Assembly: GCA_044222065.1 (NCBI GenBank)
Contig: JBGAOA010000010.1
Coordinates: forward strand, 8,672-72,671
DNA from: Candidatus Eiseniibacteriota bacterium
GTDB taxonomy: Bacteria; Eisenbacteria; RBG-16-71-46
Length of the DNA stretch: 64,000 nt
Direction of reading: 5' to 3'
Position numbers and translations under genes: made by a program. Shown here in pieces: positions 30,703 to 40,351 of this stretch. The notes under the pieces were generated by a model that did no database searches, was not told where the DNA came from, and was given only the letters and a program-made list of their open reading frames with translations. Within the stretch, counting starts at the first letter, position 1; the number at the start of each line of letters is the position of its first letter.

Positions 30703-33128
30703 TTCTCTCTCAACCGGCCGCCGCAGTCCGTCGCGACCGCCGTCACCATGAGTGTCTGAATCGCTTCGACCTCGGACTCCGCGAACGTGCGCTCCGGGTG
30801 CTGCCACTCGAGCGCGTACGCCAGGCTCTTCATGCCCTCCGGAGTGCCGGGACCCGAATAGACGTCGAACAACTCCAGCGCCGAGAGCCACTCACCGCCG
30901 GCGCGCTGGAGCGCGCCCGTGACCTCGGCGTGCGTCGTGCGCTCGGGAACGAAGAAGGCGAGATCGCGACGCACCGGCGGGAAGCGTCCGGGAAGGACGA
31001 CGCCGCGCCGCTCCGGGCGGGACGCGAGCAGTGGATCGAGGCACGCGACGAACGCGTGGACGTCCTGTGCTGCCGGTGTCTCGATCTGCCACTCGCGCAG
31101 CCACGAAGGACTGAGCGTTCCGGCCCATCCAATGCGTGAAGCCGATGACGCAACTTCCGCACTGGCACCGGGTTTCCAGCCGGCGGCAGAATAGGTCCGC
31201 CACCGGGGGGTGTCAACGCCCATTTGGTCGAGCCACGCCTCCCAGAGACCCTTCGCGTCGGCGAAGTCGACGGCGCCCTGCGAGGCGTCGTGCGCGTGCG
31301 CGAAGCGCGCTCCGGTGACGATCGCGCCGAGCAGGACGCGCTCCTCGGGGAGCGCCGCGGACGAGACGCGGAACCCCGCGCCGACCTCGAACAGCCGCAC
31401 GGACGTGCGCCCCTGGCGCAGGTTGTGCGCGAGCGCGCGCAGCAGGCCGGGCAGCGGATTCGGACGCAGCGTGCCGCGATCCTCGCTGAGCGGATTGGAC
31501 AGCGCGACGAGCGAATCCGCGCCGTCGCCGAGCAGCGCCGCGGCCGCCGCCGCCTCGCGCGCCGAGACGAGAGTCGTGCACCACGCCTCGGTGAAGCCGA
31601 GCGCGCGCATCGCGTGGCGCGCGGCGGACGTGACGGACTCGCGCGGCTCGCGCTTCGCGTGCGCGCCGTGCGTCTCGAGCGCGGCATTCGGGATGCGGTC
31701 GTAGCCCTCGGCGCGAGCGACTTCCTCGACGAGGTCGTCTTCGAGCGTCACGTCCGCGCGCCAGCTCGGCACGGTGACCATCAGCGGATCGCCGCCCGCG
31801 ACGCCGAACTCCATCGCCTCGAGGTGCGCGCGGCAGCGCGCGGCGTCGAGCTCGAGCCCGGTGAGACGCGCGACGCGCGACGGGCGCAGCGTGAGCGGCG
31901 CGGCCTGCGCGCGCGCGTGCCGGCGCTCGCTGGCCGCGCCGAGCGCCGCGCCGGGCGACAGCTCGCGCACGAGTTCGACGAAGCGCGCGGCCGCGGCGGC
32001 GGTCGCATCGGGATCCACGCCGCGCTCGTAGCGCTTGCTCGCCTCGGTCGAGAGTCCGAGCGAGCGCGATCCGCGGCGCACGCGTGCGGGCTGGAACCAC
32101 GCGCACTCGAGCAGCACGCGCGTCGTGCGCTCGCTCACCTCGCTCGCGGCTCCGCCCATGATGCCGGCGAGCGCGGTCGGGCCGTCGCCGTCGGCGATCA
32201 CGAGCACTTCGTCCGAGAGCGTTCGCGGCTTTCCGTCGAGCGTCACGAGCGTCTCCCCCGCCCGCGCGCGGCGCACGCGGATGCGCGGCCCCGCGAGCCG
32301 GTCGAGATCGAACGCGTGCACGGGCTGGCCGAACTCGAGCAGCACGAGGTTCGTCGCGTCCACGACGTTGTTGATCGAGCGCTGGCCCGCCGACTCGAGG
32401 CGTTCGCGCAGCCACGCGGGCGACGGCGCGACGCGCACGTTCTCGATCGCCTGCGCGACGTAGCGCGGACAGCCCTCGGCGTCCTCGAGTTCGAGATCGA
32501 ATCCCGCGCCGCCCGGGAGCTTCGCCGCGAGCCGCTCGCGCGCGGCGTCGGTCCAGCGGCCGCCGAGCGCGGCGCGCACCTCGCGCGCGAGTCCGACGAC
32601 GCCGAGGCCGTCGGGCCGGTTGAACGGCACCTCGACTTCGAGCACGGCGTCCGGCGGAGGCAGGAGCGACTGGAACGGGCGCCCGGGCTCGAGGCCCTGC
32701 GATGCGCCCCGCCACGCCTCGAGGTCGAGGATGCCGCCGTGATCGTCCGAGAGCGCGAGCTCGCGCGCCGAGCACAGCATGCCCTGGCTCTCCTCGCCGC
32801 GGATCTTGCTCTTCTTGATCGTGAGGCCGTTCGGCAGCGTCGCGCCGATCGTCGCGAGCGGCACGAGCATCCCCGCGCGCACGTTCGGCGCGCCGCACAC
32901 GATGCGCAGCTCGTCGCCGCCCGCGTTCACGCGGCACAGCGACAGCTTGTCCGCGTTCGGGTGCTTCGCGACCTCGAGCACGCGCGCGATCACGACGCCC
33001 GGCAGCTCGTGGCCGAGCCGCTCGATGCCCTCGACGTAGAAGCCGCGGCGCGTGAGCGCTTCGGCGACCGCGTCGGCGCCGCCGTCGAATTCGATCCAGT
33101 CCTGGAGCCAGCGGATGGGGAGCTTCAT
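30699..33128 (-). CDS. pheT: Phenylalanine-tRNA ligase beta subunit
   Basis: HPNADKL, VCGAPN, NRPD, INNVVD, RYERGVD, DLVEEVAR, RFPPVRRDLAF. Confidence 0.97.
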   Translation of the reverse strand: MKLPIRWLQDWIEFDGGADAVAEALTRRGFYVEGIERLGHELPGVVIARVLEVAKHPNADKLSLCRVNAGGDELRIVCGAPNVRAGMLVPLATIGATLPNGLTIKKSKIRGEESQGMLCSARELALSDDHGGILDLEAWRGASQGLEPGRPFQSLLPPPDAVLEVEVPFNRPDGLGVVGLAREVRAALGGRWTDAARERLAAKLPGGAGFDLELEDAEGCPRYVAQAIENVRVAPSPAWLRERLESAGQRSINNVVDATNLVLLEFGQPVHAFDLDRLAGPRIRVRRARAGETLVTLDGKPRTLSDEVLVIADGDGPTALAGIMGGAASEVSERTTRVLLECAWFQPARVRRGSRSLGLSTEASKRYERGVDPDATAAAAARFVELVRELSPGAALGAASERRHARAQAAPLTLRPSRVARLTGLELDAARCRAHLEAMEFGVAGGDPLMVTVPSWRADVTLEDDLVEEVARAEGYDRIPNAALETHGAHAKREPRESVTSAARHAMRALGFTEAWCTTLVSAREAAAAAALLGDGADSLVALSNPLSEDRGTLRPNPLPGLLRALAHNLRQGRTSVRLFEVGAGFRVSSAALPEERVLLGAIVTGARFAHAHDASQGAVDFADAKGLWEAWLDQMGVDTPRWRTYSAAGWKPGASAEVASSASRIGWAGTLSPSWLREWQIETPAAQDVHAFVACLDPLLASRPERRGVVLPGRFPPVRRDLAFFVPERTTHAEVTGALQRAGGEWLSALELFDVYSGPGTPEGMKSLAYALEWQHPERTFAESEVEAIQTLMVTAVATDCGGRLREK
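31188..31216 (-). promoter_or_regulatory. Near-consensus sigma70 promoter inside pheT
   Basis: TTGACA-N17-TATTCT in a patch of atypical codons, pointing toward zapB-zapA-ssrS-rny. Confidence 0.7.
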
Positions 33129-33134
33129 GTCGTC

Positions 33135-34268
33135 CTAGAACTGCTCGAGAAAGCGCAGGTCGTTCTCGAGGAAGAGTCGGATCTCGGGCACCTTGTAGCG
33201 CGCCATCGCGATGCGCTCGAGCCCCATGCCGAACGCGAAGCCGGTCCATTCCTCGGGGTCGAGGCCGACGGCGCGGAACACGTTCGGGTGCACCATGCCG
33301 GCGCCGAGCACCTCGCTCCAGCCCGCGCCCTTGCACACGGCGCAGCGCGCGCCATCCGCGAGCTTCCCCGCGCCGTCGCAGATCGCGCACGCGACGTCGA
33401 GCTGGCAGCCCGGTTCGACGAACGGGAAGTAGATCGGGATCAGGCGCGTCTTCACGTCGCGCCCGACGATCGAGCGCGCGAACGTGTCGAGCGTCGCCTT
33501 CAAGTCGGCCATCGAGACGTTGCGGTCCACGAACAGGCCGTCCATCTGGTGGAACTGGTCCATGTGGCTCGCGTCGATCTGCTCGGCGCGGTAGACGCGT
33601 CCGGGAAACACGAGCCTGAGCGGCGGCTTCCGCTCCTCCATCGCGCGCACCCAGCCCGGCGACGTGTGCGTGCGCAGCACGACATCGGGATTGATGAAGT
33701 ACGTGTCGTGGGCGTCGCGCGCCGGATGGTCGGGCGCGAAGTTGAGCTTGCCGAAGTTGTACGCGTCGAGTTCGGCCTCGGGGCTCGAGTACACCGAGAA
33801 GCCGAGACCGTGGAACAGGTCGAGCAGGTCGTCGCGCACCTGGGCGAGCACGTGGAAGCGCCCCGTCCACGGACGGCGGCCCGGCAGCGTCACGTCCACG
33901 CCGGCGCGCGACTCGGCGGCGGCGGCGAGCGCGTCGCGCTTCGCATCGTGCAGCTCCTGCAGCCAGCGCTTGAGCAGGTTGAGCCCGCGGCCCCACGTCC
34001 GCTTGCGCTCGACCGGCAGCCCTCCGAGCGTGCCGAGCGCGGCGGTCAGTGCGCCGCGTTCGCGCCCGAGCAGCGCGACGTAGCGATCGCGCAGCTCGGC
34101 GTCGTTCGCGGCGCCCGCGAGCACCTCGGCGCCGCGCGCGTAGAACGCCGACAGCTCGCGATCGAGCGACTCGATCTCGGCGAGCCGCCCCGCGTGCTCA
34201 GGCGCGAAGGGCGCCGGATCCGCGCCCTTCCAGGCGGGATCCAGCGCCTCGAGGAGTGCGCTCGACAT
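33135..34268 (-). CDS. pheS: Phenylalanine-tRNA ligase alpha subunit
   Basis: DVTLPG, HPARDAHDT, LRTHTSP, FHQMDG, YFPFVEP, GFAFGMGLER, NDLRFLEQF. Confidence 0.97.
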   Translation of the reverse strand: MSSALLEALDPAWKGADPAPFAPEHAGRLAEIESLDRELSAFYARGAEVLAGAANDAELRDRYVALLGRERGALTAALGTLGGLPVERKRTWGRGLNLLKRWLQELHDAKRDALAAAAESRAGVDVTLPGRRPWTGRFHVLAQVRDDLLDLFHGLGFSVYSSPEAELDAYNFGKLNFAPDHPARDAHDTYFINPDVVLRTHTSPGWVRAMEERKPPLRLVFPGRVYRAEQIDASHMDQFHQMDGLFVDRNVSMADLKATLDTFARSIVGRDVKTRLIPIYFPFVEPGCQLDVACAICDGAGKLADGARCAVCKGAGWSEVLGAGMVHPNVFRAVGLDPEEWTGFAFGMGLERIAMARYKVPEIRLFLENDLRFLEQF

Positions 34269-34271
34269 GCG

Positions 34272-34628
34272 TCAGACCGCCGCCGACTTGGCCTTCTCCG
34301 CGAGCTTCGCAAACGCTGCGGCGTCGCGGACGGCGAGGTCGGCGAGCAGCTTGCGGTTGATGTCGATGTTCGCCTTCTTGAGGCCCGAGATCAGCACGCT
34401 GTACGACAGGCCGAGCTCGCGGGCGGCGGCGTTGATGCGCTGGATCCAGAGCGCGCGGAAGTCGCGCTTCTTCGTGCGGCGGTGTTCGTAGGCGAACTGT
34501 CCCGCGCGCTGCACCGTCTGGAGCGCGGACTTGTAGAGCTTGCGGCGGCCGCTGAAGTTGCCCTTCGCGGCGCGCATCACCTTGCGTCGGCGGGCGCGTC
34601 CCGGGACGACGGTCTTGGAACGGGGCAT
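34272..34628 (-). CDS. rplT: 50S ribosomal protein L20
   Basis: [18 protein letters not shown]...SYS...[10 protein letters not shown]. Confidence 0.97.
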   Translation of the reverse strand: MPRSKTVVPGRARRRKVMRAAKGNFSGRRKLYKSALQTVQRAGQFAYEHRRTKKRDFRALWIQRINAAARELGLSYSVLISGLKKANIDINRKLLADLAVRDAAAFAKLAEKAKSAAV

Positions 34629-34703
34629 CGGATGAACCTCCTGCGACCCGGGTCGGCCGTGGGCGCCGCGCCGGGGAAAGATGGATGCGGAGTGGGAACG
34701 CGC

Positions 34704-34901
34704 TCAGCGCTTGCCGAGCATGCGGAGCACGCGCGGCTGATCGACGTCGGCGACGAGCACCATGCCGCCGAGGCGGCGCTTGCGGTCGCGCGCCTTGCCG
34801 ATCATGCCGTGACGCACGCCCGACTGTCCGCGCATCGCGCGGCCCTTGCCGGTGAGCTTGAAGCGCTTCGCCGCGGCGCGATTGGTCTTCTGCTTGGGCA
34901 T
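34704..34901 (-). CDS. rpmI: 50S ribosomal protein L35
   Basis: MPKQKTNRAAAKRFKLTGKG. Confidence 0.96.
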   Translation of the reverse strand: MPKQKTNRAAAKRFKLTGKGRAMRGQSGVRHGMIGKARDRKRRLGGMVLVADVDQPRVLRMLGKR

Positions 34902-34920
34902 CGGTACGACTCCTCTTCTG

Positions 34921-35514
34921 CTAGGGGGTCTGCGGAGCGGGACCTTCCGCGTCCTCACCCGTCTTCGTCCCGCTCTTCGCGGGAGCCGGCTTCTGCGCCT
35001 TCGGCATGAGCACCGCGACGATCGTGCGGCCCTCCATGCGCGGCGGCGACTCGACGAGCGCGACGTCCGCGAGCGCGACGATCGCGCGCTCCATCAGACG
35101 GTGCCCGATTTCCTGGTGCGCCATCTCGCGACCGCGAAACTGCACCGTCAACTTCACCTTGTCGCGGCCCTCGAGGAACTCGCGGCCGTGCGTCACTTTG
35201 AAGTTGAAGTCGTGCTCTTCGATCTTGGGACGCAGCTTGATCTCCTTGAGCTGCATCTGGTGCTGGTTCTTGCGGGCCTGGCGGGCCTTGCGGTTCTGCT
35301 CGTACTTGAATTTGCCGTAGTCCATGATGCGGCAGACCGGCGGTCGCGCCGTCGGCGACACTTCAACGAGATCGAGCCCCTGGGACTGAGCCATGGCGAG
35401 CGCCTCACGGACCGGAAGCACTCCGATCTGCTGGCCGTCGTCGCCGATGACCCGCACCTGCGGGACGCGAATGCGCTCGTTGACCCGGACTTCGGGCGTC
35501 TTCTGAATCGAAAT
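34921..35514 (-). CDS. infC: Translation initiation factor IF-3 (ATT start)
   Basis: RVNERIR, LDLVEVSP, PPVCRIMDYGKFKY, KEIKLRP, FRGRE. SD GGAGGTG precedes an in-frame ATT at 35514. Confidence 0.96.
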   Translation of the reverse strand: MSIQKTPEVRVNERIRVPQVRVIGDDGQQIGVLPVREALAMAQSQGLDLVEVSPTARPPVCRIMDYGKFKYEQNRKARQARKNQHQMQLKEIKLRPKIEEHDFNFKVTHGREFLEGRDKVKLTVQFRGREMAHQEIGHRLMERAIVALADVALVESPPRMEGRTIVAVLMPKAQKPAPAKSGTKTGEDAEGPAPQTP

Positions 35515-35567
35515 GGCGGTCACCTCCGTCGGTGGTGCGTGATTCGAGCCGGCCGCTCGCCGAGCAA

Positions 35568-35721
35568 GCGAAACGCCGGGCGGGATTCCCAAGCACGAGA
35601 ACCCCGCCCGGCGTCTTCGCCGGACGCACGACCGCGCCGAGGCGGTCGCGTCACGTGACCCTTGAGCGAGGCTCGCTGGCCCGCGGGGGTGAGAAGCACG
35701 AGGCTCCTGCTTGAAAATCGA
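35568..35721 (-). promoter_or_regulatory. L20-leader-like cis-regulatory RNA of infC-rpmI-rplT
   Basis: CAAGCAGGAGC..GCTTCTCACC resembles the Firmicutes L20 leader core. It is followed by a long GC hairpin (35571-35625) with a short U run. Confidence 0.65.
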
Positions 35722-35727
35722 GGCGGC

Positions 35728-35756
35728 AGTCTACTGAGCGCCGGGCCCGTGCGCAA
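35728..35756 (-). promoter_or_regulatory. Sigma70-type promoter of the infC operon
   Basis: TTGCGC-N17-TAGACT directly upstream of the leader. Confidence 0.65.
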
Positions 35757-35864
35757 GCCGGTCCGACGGGGATCGCTCACGGTCCGAGCCCTCGAGCGGG
35801 TTGACCGTGCCCGGAGGCTCGGGCAACGTGCGCACGTCTTCCACGCGGACTCCGGAGACCTCGC

Positions 35865-36503
35865 ATGCGTTCCGTTCGTCGCTCGCTGATCCTCGCCGCG
35901 CTCGCGCTCGGTGCCCTTCCCCTGCGCGTCCACGCCGATGGCGGTCAGATGGTCGCGCTCCAAGTCGCGGGCGCCCAGGCGGACCTGGCGGACGCGCGCG
36001 GCACGTATCTCGAGCCGTTCTCGCACGCCGAACTCGGCGTCGGCGGCGAGCTCTGGTACTTCCTCGACCCGAGCCTCGCGATGGCCGTGCGCGGCCGCTA
36101 CTCGCGGGCGCGGGACACCGAGACGGCCGCTTCGGCCTCCGGCCGCATCTACCGGCAGTGGTCGTGGAGCGGGCGACTCGGCGTGGATCGCGTCGCGGAT
36201 CTCGGCCACGGCGCGCTCCTCTACTTCGGCCCCGGCGTCGAAGTGTGGCGCGGCAAGGCCCAGTTCCTCGGCTACGGCACGACGCCCGCCACGAACGACG
36301 TCACGAGCCCCGAGATCCAGCGCCTCTCGATCTCGGCGCGACTCGGCGCCGTGTTCGCGCTCGGCGAAGCCTGGGGGCTGCAGGGCGAGGTCGGCAGTCA
36401 CTTCGGCCGCGCCGACGCCGAGTCGCGGAACGCCAAGACGAACTGGTACACGCAGGGATTCGAAGCGTCCGCCGGACTCGTCTTCGCGTTCGGGGACGAC
36501 TGA
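35865..36503 (+). CDS. Small outer-membrane beta-barrel protein (paralog 1)
   Basis: Signal peptide ending VHA, amphipathic beta strands, C-terminal VFAFGDD. Confidence 0.75.
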   Translation: MRSVRRSLILAALALGALPLRVHADGGQMVALQVAGAQADLADARGTYLEPFSHAELGVGGELWYFLDPSLAMAVRGRYSRARDTETAASASGRIYRQWSWSGRLGVDRVADLGHGALLYFGPGVEVWRGKAQFLGYGTTPATNDVTSPEIQRLSISARLGAVFALGEAWGLQGEVGSHFGRADAESRNAKTNWYTQGFEASAGLVFAFGDD

Positions 36504-36588
36504 CCGGAGGCACTTTTCCACCGGGTGCGCGCGCGCGGGACCGCGCGTCGCCCGATCGTTCCGCAAGTCCCGACACGGAGGTCTCAGG

Positions 36589-37230
36589 ATGCGCAGACTC
36601 CTGGCGCTCGTGACGGTGGCGATGTTCGCCGCCGCCCCGGCCCACGCCCTCGGAAAGGGCGCGTCGCTGTTCTCGATCCAGTTGTCGAACGGAACCGCCG
36701 ACCTCGTCGAGCCCGAGGCGGGCAACGGCTTCATCTCCGCCTACGACCACAGCGAACTCGGCGCGCAGGTCGAGTTCTGGCACCTGCTCAGCGACGACTA
36801 CGCGTTCACGGCGTCGGGCGGCATCGGCTTCTTCAGCGAAACCGACGAACCGGGAACGAACGCGCCGGCGGCCGCGCCGGAGGCGAAGTACACGCAGTCG
36901 TCGTTCAGCCTGCGCGTCGGCGGCGATCGAGTCGTGAAGATCGGCGATCGCGCGATCGTGTACTTCGGACCCGGCCTCCAGTTCTGGAGCGGAAAGGCCA
37001 AGTTCGAGGGCTTCGCCCCGACCGATGTCGAGAGCGAGACCGTGACGCGCATCAGCCTGTCGAGCCGCATCGGCGCGAACATGATGATCGGGCCCAACTG
37101 GGGCGTCGGCTGTCACCTCGGACGCCTCATCGGACGCGCGTCGGCCGAGGACGCCGGAGCGAAGGCCTCGTGGTGGCCGAGCAGCCTGGACGCGGCGGGC
37201 GGCATCGTCTTCCAGTTCGGCGGAGACTGA
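36589..37230 (+). CDS. Small outer-membrane beta-barrel protein (paralog 2)
   Basis: SD GGAGG, signal peptide MRRLLALVTVAMFAAAPAHA, C-terminal VFQFGGD. Aligns by eye with paralog 1. Confidence 0.8.
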   Translation: MRRLLALVTVAMFAAAPAHALGKGASLFSIQLSNGTADLVEPEAGNGFISAYDHSELGAQVEFWHLLSDDYAFTASGGIGFFSETDEPGTNAPAAAPEAKYTQSSFSLRVGGDRVVKIGDRAIVYFGPGLQFWSGKAKFEGFAPTDVESETVTRISLSSRIGANMMIGPNWGVGCHLGRLIGRASAEDAGAKASWWPSSLDAAGGIVFQFGGD

Positions 37231-37245
37231 TTCACCGCTCGGAGA

Positions 37246-37277
37246 ACGCGGGCCGGTCCTTCGGGACCGGCCCGCGT
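37246..37277 (+). terminator. Stem-loop after the OMP pair
   Basis: 14-bp stem ACGCGGGCCGGTCC/GGACCGGCCCGCGT with a cUUCGg loop; weak U tail. Confidence 0.6.
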
Positions 37278-37352
37278 CGCGTTTCGTGCAGATCGCAATG
37301 CCGCGGCCGGCCGCCCTCGCTCGCGCGAGTCGGCAGTCGTGGCGCTGCAACG

Positions 37353-37380
37353 TGAAGCCGCCGTCCGCGGTCGCCGATAA
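37353..37380 (+). promoter_or_regulatory. Sigma28 (FliA/WhiG)-like promoter
   Basis: TGAAG-N15-GCCGATAA with a perfect sigma28 -10 box, 53 nt upstream of the TonB receptor ATG. Confidence 0.6.
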
Positions 37381-37433
37381 AGGCAGCGCAGGCCCTTGCT
37401 CGATTCGACCTCACACAATCGGGAGTTCTCAGC

Positions 37434-39419
37434 ATGCGCTCGCGGTTCGTCCCGGCGCTCGGCCTGTCCCTTTCCCTCATCGCCTCCACGGCGTTCGGCG
37501 ACCCGTCCGGGCCCGCACCGGAGAATCCGTTCGACCTCGTTCGCGAGGCCGCCGAAGGCGCGCGCGCCCGGCGCACGCAGCCGTTGTCCGAAGTCCCGGC
37601 CGCCACGATCTCCGTCATCACGCGCGAGGAGATCCTCGCGCAGGGCTACGAGACCGTGGCCGACGCGCTCGCATGGGTGCGCGGCCTCTACGTTTCGGGC
37701 GACTTCGTCTACCGCTACGTCGGCGTCCGGGGAGTGCAGCGACCGGGTGACCTGAACAACAAGGTCCTGATCGCGATCGACGGACACGCCTTGAACGGAA
37801 ACGTCTACGGCGACGGACTCGTGGGTGACGAGTCTTCGATCGACCTCGAGGCGGTCGAACGCATCGAGGTGATCCGCGGCCCCGGCTCCGCGCTCTACGG
37901 CAGCTACGCCGTGCTCGCGGTCGTCAACATCGTGACGCGCGGCGCGCGACCGGACGGCGACTTCGCGTTCCACGGACACGCCTCACAGGACGGCCGTCGC
38001 TACGGACACGCCGCGCTCCAGCGCCCGTTCGGATCGGGCGGCTCCGTCGCGCTCCGGGCCTCGTGGCTGGGCGCCGACGGACGCGACTTCCGCTACCCGG
38101 AATTCGAACTCGAGGGGCTCTCGGACGGCTGGTCGCGATCGTCGTCCCGGACGCGCCGCGTCGCGGCGTTCAGCGACGTGCGATGGCGGGGTTCGCGTCT
38201 CGTCGCGAGCATCGGCGAGCGGCTGCAGCACGACCCGACCGGCAGCTACGGCGCCGATCTCGGGGACGAGCGCAATCACAGCCGGGACCAGCGCGCGTTC
38301 GTCGAATGGTCGACGTCCCGGACGGCCGACGATTCGCGCGGGTCGGTGCGCGCCTACTGGGATCGAGCGGACTTCGAGGGCCGGTTCGTCTACACGGTCG
38401 ACTCGACGACGTCGCTCGTGAACGTCGAACGCGGGACCGGCGACATCTTCGGCGCGGAGGCTCGCGTCTCGTTCGCCGCGTCGGGATCGCAGGTGCTGAC
38501 GGTCGGCGCGAACGCCGAATACACGGCCCGGGCCCGCGTGCTCAGCGTGGATGTCGGCGCGGGCGCGCCGAACTCGTTCACGAACCCGCGCGGCGGGCGG
38601 CTCGGACTTTACGCGCAGGACGAGATCCGCCTCGGAGCCGCTGCGCTCACGACGCTCGGCGCGCGGCTGGACGGCGCCGAGGGGCAGCAGACGGTGGCGA
38701 GTCCGCGGGCGGACTTCGTCGCGCGCGTGAGCGAACACACGCGCTGGAAGGCGCTCGTCGGCGGGGCGTTCCGTCCTCCGGCCCCGATCGAGAAGTCGCT
38801 CGAAGGCGCGGGCCAGGTCGCGAATTCGGCGCTGCACGCCGAACGGGCGATCACGTTCGAGAGTTCGATCGAGCACTCGATGCCCGCAACCACGTTCATC
38901 CTGTCGGGCTATCGCAATCGCCTCCGCGACCTCATCGATCTCGTCACGATCGGCGCGGACGAGGCGCTTCAGTTCCAGAACCTCGGGGCCGCGGTCACGA
39001 CCGGCATCGAGGGCGAGGCGCAGCTGCGCTCGAGCGGCGGCGTGAGCGGCCGCGTCACGCTCGCGTGGCAGAGCAGCCGCACCGACCCGGGTGACGTGCG
39101 CCTCACGAATTCGCCCGAATGGAACGCCCAGGCCGTGCTGACGGCGCGCCCGCACGGCGCGCCGTACGCGCTCGGCCTGAGGGCCCGCTGGCTGTCGCGC
39201 CGGCTCACGCGCGCGGGCGCCTGGACGGCGGCTCCGGTCGTCGTGGACGGCAGGGTCGGCTGGCGCTTCGGCGCCGCGTTCGATGCCGGGCTCTCGGTGC
39301 ACAACGTCTTCGACTCCGTGTACGGAGATCCCGTCGGCGACTACCTGCTTCAGGACCAGATCGAGGCGCCGCGCCGCAACGCGACGCTCGAGCTCGACTG
39401 GGCGTGGGGAGCGCAGTGA
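37434..39419 (+). CDS. TonB-dependent receptor (plug plus barrel)
   Basis: Signal peptide. Plug motifs EVPAATISVITREEI, NNKVLIAIDG and ERIEVIRGPGSALYG; C-terminal NVFD..Y...LELDWAW. Confidence 0.92.
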   Translation: MRSRFVPALGLSLSLIASTAFGDPSGPAPENPFDLVREAAEGARARRTQPLSEVPAATISVITREEILAQGYETVADALAWVRGLYVSGDFVYRYVGVRGVQRPGDLNNKVLIAIDGHALNGNVYGDGLVGDESSIDLEAVERIEVIRGPGSALYGSYAVLAVVNIVTRGARPDGDFAFHGHASQDGRRYGHAALQRPFGSGGSVALRASWLGADGRDFRYPEFELEGLSDGWSRSSSRTRRVAAFSDVRWRGSRLVASIGERLQHDPTGSYGADLGDERNHSRDQRAFVEWSTSRTADDSRGSVRAYWDRADFEGRFVYTVDSTTSLVNVERGTGDIFGAEARVSFAASGSQVLTVGANAEYTARARVLSVDVGAGAPNSFTNPRGGRLGLYAQDEIRLGAAALTTLGARLDGAEGQQTVASPRADFVARVSEHTRWKALVGGAFRPPAPIEKSLEGAGQVANSALHAERAITFESSIEHSMPATTFILSGYRNRLRDLIDLVTIGADEALQFQNLGAAVTTGIEGEAQLRSSGGVSGRVTLAWQSSRTDPGDVRLTNSPEWNAQAVLTARPHGAPYALGLRARWLSRRLTRAGAWTAAPVVVDGRVGWRFGAAFDAGLSVHNVFDSVYGDPVGDYLLQDQIEAPRRNATLELDWAWGAQ

Positions 39420-40351
39420 GCGGCGTCGTGCGACGGCAGGCGGCGCGCAGGACCGCCCTCGCCCTCGCCTTCTCCCTCACGGCGCTCGCCGCGACGCCGC
39501 CGGCCGCTCGCGCGGGCGGCGTGCACGTGCTCGTGATGCGCTCGAGCAACGCGGCGCCGTACGAGTCCGCCGTGAAGGGATTCCGGCACGAGTACGGCGC
39601 GCCGTTCGAGGAGCTGACGCTCGACGGGGTCACGAACGAGGCGGCGCTCGCCACGGTGCGGACGAAGTCGCCGGACGTGATCGTCGCCGTCGGATTGCGC
39701 GCGGCGCTGTTCGCGCGCGACCGCATCAGCGACGTGCCCGTGGTCTTCTGCGCCGTCGCGCAGCCGGAACGCTACGAGCTGGGCGGCACGCGACTCACCG
39801 GAGTCGCTTCGGACGTTCCGGCCGCCGACGTCGTCCACGCGATCGCGAAGCTCGCGCCGGACGTGCACGACGTCGCGGTGTTCACCGGACCGACTCCCGC
39901 GCGCGACCTGGCGCGGCTCGCGCGCCGGGGCTCGGGCGAATCGCCCCGCATCGTGCCCGTCGTCGTGAAGGAGCTGAATGCGTTCGCGAACGAGGCGCGC
40001 CGGGTCGAACCGAACGTCCAGGCGTTCTGGCTCCATTCCGATCCCGACGTCGCGACGCCCGAGACCTTCCAGTTCCTGCTCGGGCTGTCCGTGTCGAAGC
40101 GCAAGCCGCTGTTCGTGTTCTCGGACGCGCTCGTGCGCTCGGGGGCGATGGCGGCCGTCGTCCCGGATTACGAGCGCGCCGGCGTGGAGGCGGCGGCCGT
40201 CCTGCGCCGGCTGCTCGCGGGCGAGCGCCCCGCGGACCTGCCGATCGTCGCGTCGCGCGGCTCTCGCGTCGTGGTCAACGGCGCCGCCGTCACCGCGCTC
40301 GGCCGCACGCTGCCCCCCGAATCGCTGCGCGGCGTGGAGCAAGCGCGATGA
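39416..40351 (+). CDS. ABC-type substrate-binding protein (ABC_sub_bind-like) with no transporter genes nearby
   Basis: Export signal, PY...VKGF, PDVIVAVG..AA, PVVFCAV, TGV, DY...G..AA....L.G..PADLP, VVN...ALG. GTGA overlap with the receptor. Confidence 0.82.
   Translation: MSGVVRRQAARRTALALAFSLTALAATPPAARAGGVHVLVMRSSNAAPYESAVKGFRHEYGAPFEELTLDGVTNEAALATVRTKSPDVIVAVGLRAALFARDRISDVPVVFCAVAQPERYELGGTRLTGVASDVPAADVVHAIAKLAPDVHDVAVFTGPTPARDLARLARRGSGESPRIVPVVVKELNAFANEARRVEPNVQAFWLHSDPDVATPETFQFLLGLSVSKRKPLFVFSDALVRSGAMAAVVPDYERAGVEAAAVLRRLLAGERPADLPIVASRGSRVVVNGAAVTALGRTLPPESLRGVEQAR

Noticed and set aside
33320..33400. CxxC...CxxC insert in PheS
   Set aside because: A Zn-finger-like insert at this position is common in bacterial PheS.
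37286..37312. Possible minus-strand sigma54 motif CGGCCG-N5-TTGCG
   Set aside because: Weak -24 box, and it would point antisense into the OMP gene.
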